Position numbers and translations under genes: made by a program. DNA of 52,253 nucleotides from Candidatus Micrarchaeota archaeon (GTDB lineage: Archaea; Micrarchaeota; Micrarchaeia; CABMEP01): positions 1 through 52,253 of the forward strand of contig JAOAKO010000004.1 in assembly GCA_026413625.1 (NCBI GenBank). Direction: 5' to 3'. Below are positions 46,902-52,253 of this stretch, one piece after another (the first letter of the stretch is position 1; each line of letters starts with the position of its first letter). Under the pieces are notes generated by a model. It worked only from the letters and a program-made list of their open reading frames with translations, made no database searches and was not told the DNA's origin.

Positions 46902-47350
46902 TCCACCCATATCTCTCCTTCTTTGAACCAAAGTGCGATTTCCTGTTTTGCCTCTTCAGACGTGCCAGACGCATGGACTACGTTCTCAATTTCTCCGTCA
47001 GTGGTTCTTCTCCCGTACTTTCCTCTTATTGTCCACGGCTCAGCCTTTTCAGGATCTGTTGCCCCAACTATTTCCCTTGCTCTCTTCACTGCGTTTTCTC
47101 CCTCATAAACAAGCGCAAGTATCCTGTTTTCTCCGTGTTTCTTTCCTTGTATGAAACTGATCAGCCCCTCATAAAAAGGCTTTCCTTCGTGCATGGCATA
47201 ATGCTTTCTTGCCAGCTTTTCGTCAACTTTTACGACCTTTGCACCAACCAGTTTTAGTTTTGCATTTTCAAACATCATAATGACTTCTCCGCTCAATCCT
47301 CTTTTCATTCCATCCGGTTTTATCAGAATTAATGTTCTTTCTTTTTTCAT
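46898..47350 (-). CDS. ndk: Nucleoside diphosphate kinase
   Basis: ERTL.LIKPDG, HY..H.GKPF, GAT.P..A...TIRG, NVVHAS. Confidence 0.97.
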   Translation of the reverse strand: MKKERTLILIKPDGMKRGLSGEVIMMFENAKLKLVGAKVVKVDEKLARKHYAMHEGKPFYEGLISFIQGKKHGENRILALVYEGENAVKRAREIVGATDPEKAEPWTIRGKYGRRTTDGEIENVVHASGTSEEAKQEIALWFKEGEIWVE

Positions 47351-47489
47351 TTCCTCACCTGTCCTCAGTGAAAATAGTTTATTGCATAATTCTCACAAAA
47401 TATTTTTAAATACATCATGATAATTATATCTGCACATGATTTGTGCATGCAATTTTCATGTGTTCACTTTCACTGTGGGAGGAATTTAA

Positions 47490-47783
47490 ATGGATAGAAT
47501 AGCAGATCTAAGACCAGGAATGAATGCGTCGATAGAAGCAGAAGTTGTTTCAATAGAGCCTTCGAGAGAAGTAAGAACTAAATTCGGAAAATTAATAAGA
47601 GTTGCAAATGCAACCGTGGCAGACGATTCTGGCCAGATAATTGTCACACTTTGGGATAAAGACATAGACAGAGTTTCAATTGGCGACAAGATAAAAATAG
47701 AGAACGGATGGGTCTCAGACTTTAAGGGCAATCTTCAAATTACCGCAGGAAAGAACGGAAAGCTTGAGATAATACAGAAATAA
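47490..47783 (+). CDS. ssb: Single-OB-fold single-stranded DNA-binding protein
   Basis: I.DL.PG, RVA.A...DD.G.I..TLW, GD.I.I.NG.V..F.G..QI; GGAGG SD. Confidence 0.88.
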   Translation: MDRIADLRPGMNASIEAEVVSIEPSREVRTKFGKLIRVANATVADDSGQIIVTLWDKDIDRVSIGDKIKIENGWVSDFKGNLQITAGKNGKLEIIQK

Positions 47784-47862
47784 TTTTCAAAAGTTTAATC
47801 ATTTTTAATCAGTTTCGGTTCTCATTTTTTACATTTTTAAACTTAACCCATAAATTATATTT

Positions 47863-48378
47863 ATGGGAATTTTGTCAAATATAGATATTAAAAAAGCAAT
47901 CAAAAATAAAGAGATTATAATAGATCCGATGCCGCCAGAGGAGTGCTTCGGGCCGGGTTCAGTTGATATAGCTTTAAGCAATGTATTCTACTTGCCTAAG
48001 AAGAAAAGACCAAAGCAATTAGATGCAGCCTGTGATTCTTTTGAGCTTCTGTATGACAAAACAGAGGCGAACGAGGTAATTCTTAATCCTGGCGATTGTA
48101 TTCTGGCGGTCACCGAAGAGAGGCTGATACTGGCTCCGAATATATGCGGTTGGATCCAGGGCAGAAGCAGATTTGCAAGAATGGGATTGACAGCACATGT
48201 TGCATCGAGCTTTATTCAGCCAGGTTCCCAGAATAGACAAGTCCTAGAAATAGCAAATTTATCAAAAGTTCCGATAAAGATTTCAAAAGGACTAAGATTG
48301 TGCCAGATCATATTTGAAAGAACAGACTCAAAACCAGAGGTTCCATACTCAAAAATAGGAAGGTTTGCTAAGCAATGA
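47863..48378 (+). CDS. dcd: dCTP deaminase
   Basis: ILS..DI, P.SVD, GRS..AR.GL..H, I.PG, LEI.N, CQ..F. Confidence 0.92.
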   Translation: MGILSNIDIKKAIKNKEIIIDPMPPEECFGPGSVDIALSNVFYLPKKKRPKQLDAACDSFELLYDKTEANEVILNPGDCILAVTEERLILAPNICGWIQGRSRFARMGLTAHVASSFIQPGSQNRQVLEIANLSKVPIKISKGLRLCQIIFERTDSKPEVPYSKIGRFAKQ

Positions 48379-48420
48379 AAAGCAATTACTAATGTTTGCT
48401 GTTAATAAGTGAATGAGAGC

Positions 48421-48605
48421 GCGGCAGTAGTCTAGCCTGGTAGGACTCGAGCTTCCCAGGAAACTCTTTTAAAAAAGAGTTTCATCAGAAGACAGATGAC
48501 GACTCTTTTAGACAAAGAGTTTCGTCATAAAAAGTGATGGAGCTTTCTTTAAAAAGGGAGTTTCGAAAAAAGCTCGCGACCCGGGTTCAAATCCCGGCTG
48601 CCGCA
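48421..48605 (+). tRNA. tRNA-Gly(CCC) with 112-nt intron at 37/38 (intron 48459..48570)
   Basis: Acceptor GCGGCAG/CTGCCGC plus A; anticodon stem CGAGC/GCTCG; loop TT-CCC-A|A; T-arm CCGGG-TTCAAAT-CCCGG. Confidence 0.93.
48460..48564. repeat. Three degenerate palindromic units with ~40-nt period inside the tRNA-Gly intron
   Basis: GAAACTCTTTTAAAAAAGAGTTTC (48460-83), GACTCTTTTAGACAAAGAGTTTC (48501-23), GAGCTTTCTTTAAAAAGGGAGTTTC (48540-64). Confidence 0.85.
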
Positions 48606-48634
48606 TTTTGAAATCTTTTGATTATTTTTCCTGC

Positions 48635-49894
48635 TTATTCATTGAATTCTGTTTTCTTTTTCTTTCTGAATCTCGGAAGAACGAATTTGTATACCAAATA
48701 CAGAAATACAAAGGCGGCTGCGATTAGAATTATCGGATCGGTTGCAGTAACTTTATCATATCCGTACTTAAGCGCATCCTCCTTGCTGAATACGTTGACT
48801 TCCACGCTTTCTTTCTGCTCATAGACATTGCCTATTGCATCCTTGTATACGATCTTTATAGGCAGATTTATTTTCTTATCAGTAGTGTTAATATAAAGTT
48901 CAAATTCAGCGACTTCTGAATCGTCTGAATTTATATCACCAATATAGTATACAGCAGGACTCAGAAGAGTGTATTCCGCGTTTCCATCTGTAAGGAAATA
49001 GACGGTTGTAAACGCAATCTTTGACTCCCCTCTGTTTATTATAGAAATAGGAATAGTACTCTTTGCGTTATTCCTTACTATTGTTGTCTGATCGTGCAGT
49101 GCAAGCAATGCTGGCTCTGTGTTGACATCGAGAGATATTATCGTGCTTTTTGAATAGGATTTTCCTAGCATGTCATAGTAGGTCATGGTGACAGGAATCT
49201 TGTAGGATTTTGCTGTTGCGTCAGCCATGCTCTTTATAGAGAAGCTTACAGCAGTCTTTTTTCCAGCCTCTATCAGAGGAATTCTCTTTTCAGTTGTTTC
49301 GTTAACAGGAACGAAAGGCACATCTTGCCCAGAGAGATCGAGCTTTACAGTTATGTCCTTCAGCGAAGCGCCTGCAATATTCTCTAATTCAAGCGTAACA
49401 TTTCCGATTTGGTTAGGCTTAAATTCGGCAGGAACACTTGAAACCTTGCTTATCATTATCACAGCATCTTGTGATTGAATGTAAATAGGCAATTCAGCTG
49501 TTTCTTCCAGATATCCAGATATCTTACATACTATTTTTAGTTTGTTTGTTCCAGTTACAGCGTTTTCGCTTATTCTAACTTTAAACTTCATTAGTGCAAT
49601 GTCGTTTTTCTTGAAGTTTCCTAGATTATATCTTCCGTCCTCTAAATTGTCAATTGAGAATGGGTATTTTGGATCTAGGTAACAGGTGAGATTAGTTATA
49701 GTGGTTTCAACCGCTGATTGGACCTTCACATACACATCTATGTATCTTCCAGGCTCCGCAGGATACGGATAGTAGTATGCGCCTTCACTTATTTTGACTC
49801 CTGCAATGTTTGCTACATTTGGAGTTATTGGAGCCTGAGCGCCCACAAATAAAATCATTTGCAAAATTAGGAAAGCTACAAGATTTTTGTTCAT
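48635..49894 (-). CDS. COG1361-type Ig-like/S-layer-domain protein associated with the ABC module
   Basis: Signal peptide, Y.PYPAEPG, three repeated beta-sandwich domains, C-terminal TM with basic tail. Confidence 0.82.
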   Translation of the reverse strand: MNKNLVAFLILQMILFVGAQAPITPNVANIAGVKISEGAYYYPYPAEPGRYIDVYVKVQSAVETTITNLTCYLDPKYPFSIDNLEDGRYNLGNFKKNDIALMKFKVRISENAVTGTNKLKIVCKISGYLEETAELPIYIQSQDAVIMISKVSSVPAEFKPNQIGNVTLELENIAGASLKDITVKLDLSGQDVPFVPVNETTEKRIPLIEAGKKTAVSFSIKSMADATAKSYKIPVTMTYYDMLGKSYSKSTIISLDVNTEPALLALHDQTTIVRNNAKSTIPISIINRGESKIAFTTVYFLTDGNAEYTLLSPAVYYIGDINSDDSEVAEFELYINTTDKKINLPIKIVYKDAIGNVYEQKESVEVNVFSKEDALKYGYDKVTATDPIILIAAAFVFLYLVYKFVLPRFRKKKKTEFNE

Positions 49895-50060
49895 ACAATC
49901 ACCCAGTCCATTCAGCGAACTTATAATTCTTTTATATTTTATGCTTTATTTTGCGTTATGTTTGTTTCTGCTATTATAATTAATGTGCTTTGAATTATAT
50001 TGTGCATGAATATTCTTAAATATTTCATAATCCTCTTTTTCCTCTTTTGCTATTTTTTAT

Positions 50061-50816
50061 TTACTTTCTTTTTATATTGTTGAAATCAAACTCATGGTTT
50101 TTCGAATCGCGTATTATTTTGCCATCTTGAAGTTCCACTATTCTGTCCGCATGTTCTGCAACGAATCTTTCATGCGTCACAACTATAACAGTTCTGCCAT
50201 CCTCCTTGTTCAATTTTGTGAGCAGTGCCATTATTTCAAGTCCGCTTTTATAGTCTATATTTCCTGTCGGTTCGTCTGCCAGTATAACTTCCGGCTCAAC
50301 AACAAGCGCTCTTGCGATAGCAACTCTTTGTTGTTCTCCTCCAGACAATTCTTTAGGGAGATGATTTATCCTATGTCCCATACCAACCCTTTCCAACATT
50401 TTTTTACTTCTCTCTCTCGCTTCCTCAGCTGTGATGTCCTTAAACATGAGTGGAAGCATCACATTCTCAATGGCAGTTAGTGTTGGGATAAGATTGAAAG
50501 ATTGAAAAACAAATCCGATTTTCTTTCCCCTCCATTGCGCAAGCTCGCTTTCGCTAAGAGTTGTAATATCAATGTCATCAAGTTTTATCTTGCCGGTTGT
50601 GGGTAGATCAAGGCTTCCAATCATATTCATTAATGTGCTTTTGCCGCTACCGGAATGGCCGATTATTGCAACAAATTCTCCCTTGTATATCTTAAGATCA
50701 ATTCCACACAATGCGTTAACCTTAACATCCCCCATCTGGTATGTTTTTCTGACGTTCTGCAATTCAATTATCGGTATTTTTTCCTTAGAAAAAACCTTTT
50801 CTTTGCCCGCTTTCAT
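50061..50816 (-). CDS. ABC transporter ATP-binding protein (LolD/MacB family)
   Basis: GHSGSGKST, IGFVFQ.FNL, LSGGEQQRVAIARAL, ADEPTG, VTH. Confidence 0.96.
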   Translation of the reverse strand: MKAGKEKVFSKEKIPIIELQNVRKTYQMGDVKVNALCGIDLKIYKGEFVAIIGHSGSGKSTLMNMIGSLDLPTTGKIKLDDIDITTLSESELAQWRGKKIGFVFQSFNLIPTLTAIENVMLPLMFKDITAEEARERSKKMLERVGMGHRINHLPKELSGGEQQRVAIARALVVEPEVILADEPTGNIDYKSGLEIMALLTKLNKEDGRTVIVVTHERFVAEHADRIVELQDGKIIRDSKNHEFDFNNIKRK

Positions 50817-50830
50817 AACTTCACCTTATT

Positions 50831-52057
50831 CTATACCCTTAGGCTCTCCGCAGGCTTCATTCTTGCAGCCTGCATTGCAGGAAGCAGTCCGCTGACGCTT
50901 CCAACTATGAATGAAAATGCCAATGCACCTATTATTAACCATAATGGGGTGGAGGCTCCAAAAGGATACCCTGTTTGAAGAGTGATCGTTTCTATTCCCT
51001 TGCTTATCAATATGCCAGCTCCAATTCCAAGAGCACCTCCAACCAATCCAAGTATTCCGGATTCTATCAGAAATATAATCATTATGTCTCTGTTTCTCGC
51101 CCCTACTGCCTTCATTATTCCAATCTCCCTTGTTCTTTCCAATACAGAGGTATACATCGTATTCATTATTCCGATTCCTCCAACGACAAGAGAGATTGCG
51201 GCAATTCCGATCACAATTATCTGAACAATAGATATCACTGCGCCGTATGTTTCGTATAACTGTTGCGGAGTTTGTACTGTAAAATCTTCCTCTCCTTCTT
51301 TAAGCCCTCTGTCCTTTCTTAATGCAACTTTTACTCGTTCTGCAACCGTTTCTATGGGGTACGTTTCCTTTACTGTGGCCCAGATAGTCATATATCCGAT
51401 GTCTCCGTAGATCTCTTTCATCGTTGAGAGAGGGATGTAAACCTGTTTGTCGTCTTCTTCGCTTCCAACTCTCTCGGCAATTCCTACAATTGTGAACTTC
51501 TTTCCTTTTATTGTAATCTCGTCTCCTACAGTAAGTTTTTTCTTGAATACATCTCCGTTTGCATATAGCCAACCTACGACCGCTTTGTATCCATCGCTTG
51601 TTTGCAATTCTCTTCCCTTTTCGATCGATATTGAACTTATTTCCCTTAGGCTTATTTCGCTTGGTTCGTAGCCTATCAAAAACGCATATTTTATTTCACT
51701 TCCGCTTTCTATTCCTGCTAGGACTGCTGCAAACCCTGCCACCTTTTCAATTCCATTGACTTTTTGAATAACCTTTATGTCATGGTCTGTCATTTGGACA
51801 GATCCGACTGTTGCAGCAAGTATTCCATAAAATCCGCTTCCTGGAAATATATAGAGTGCATTTGGATTTAGCATTGAGAACTGTTTATCAATTGTTTCCT
51901 GAAGGCCTTGCCCAACAGAAATAAGAGCAATCAATGCAGTTATGCCTATAAATATGCCGATAACAGTAAGCCAAGAACGAGTTGGTTTGTGCCTAAAGGT
52001 TCGCAAAGCCAAATTCAAGTAATAAACAAATGATGCCATATTCCTACCATTTTGCAT
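50831..52057 (-). CDS. ABC transporter permease (MacB/FtsX family)
   Basis: RS.LT..GI.IG, ISL.VGGIGIMNTM..SV.ERT.EIG..KA.GA, PA..A. Confidence 0.95.
   Translation of the reverse strand: MQNGRNMASFVYYLNLALRTFRHKPTRSWLTVIGIFIGITALIALISVGQGLQETIDKQFSMLNPNALYIFPGSGFYGILAATVGSVQMTDHDIKVIQKVNGIEKVAGFAAVLAGIESGSEIKYAFLIGYEPSEISLREISSISIEKGRELQTSDGYKAVVGWLYANGDVFKKKLTVGDEITIKGKKFTIVGIAERVGSEEDDKQVYIPLSTMKEIYGDIGYMTIWATVKETYPIETVAERVKVALRKDRGLKEGEEDFTVQTPQQLYETYGAVISIVQIIVIGIAAISLVVGGIGIMNTMYTSVLERTREIGIMKAVGARNRDIMIIFLIESGILGLVGGALGIGAGILISKGIETITLQTGYPFGASTPLWLIIGALAFSFIVGSVSGLLPAMQAARMKPAESLRV
50843..50902. repeat. 60-bp near-identical repeat, copy 1 (copy 2 at 52081..52140)
   Basis: 58/60 identical by direct comparison; both copies lie in the 3' ends of the two permease genes. 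Confidence 0.9.
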
Positions 52058-52065
52058 TTAAATCT

Positions 52066-52213
52066 TTATTCGTATCTCAAGCTCTCTGCAGGCTTCATCC
52101 TTGCAGCCTGCATTGCAGGAAGCAGTCCGCTGACGCTTCCGATAATAAATGAAAATGAAATCGCTCCGAAGATTAATATAAAGTCCAGAGTCATATACAG
52201 TCCGATATTATAT
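52066..52213 (-). CDS. Second MacB/FtsX-family permease, 3' end only
   Basis: Translates ...LIFGAISFSFIIGSVSGLLPAMQAARMKPAESLRYE*; cut off by adapter sequence. Confidence 0.85.
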
Positions 52214-52253
52214 CTGTCTCTTATACACATCTCCGAGCCCACGAGACCAGAGA
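52214..52253 (+). other. Illumina Nextera adapter read-through (artefact)
   Basis: Exact CTGTCTCTTATACACATCT-CCGAGCCCACGAGAC followed by a partial index CAGAGA. Confidence 0.98.

Noticed and set aside
48460..48564. Mini CRISPR array reading of the three palindromes
   Set aside because: Repeats are degenerate, linkers are only ~16 nt and pair with each other, the array is inside a tRNA intron, and no cas gene or leader is present.
52214..52253. Tn5 mosaic-end-like sequence suggesting a transposon end
   Set aside because: It is the exact Nextera adapter plus index at the contig end, a library artefact.

Overview
AT-rich, gene-dense archaeal window, most consistent with a DPANN lineage (Micrarchaeota-like; inferred from gene content only). 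It carries mostly housekeeping genes: AmmeMemoRadiSam operon, SRP RNA, trmJ, sepF, L40e, fni-gltX-rnz, pheST, divergent cdc6 and pcn around a candidate origin, smc-DUF460-alba-aspS, tldDE, lig-tmk, ndk, ssb, dcd and a MacB-type ABC module. There are four tRNAs, three with 37/38 introns. The most unusual signals are: (1) a 112-nt tRNA-Gly(CCC) intron made of three ~40-nt-periodic palindromic units, with the same palindrome in the tRNA-Ser intron 47 kb away; (2) a bacterial-type fused IspD-IspF (MEP pathway) gene together with a collapsed mevalonate-operon remnant (degenerate MEMO-fni-gltX); (3) PCNA apparently starting at ATC and Cdc6 at TTG; (4) a 74-aa bis-His membrane protein paired with a cupredoxin; (5) an SRP RNA with a short helix 6 lacking the GNAR loop. 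The last 40 nt are Nextera adapter, an artefact.
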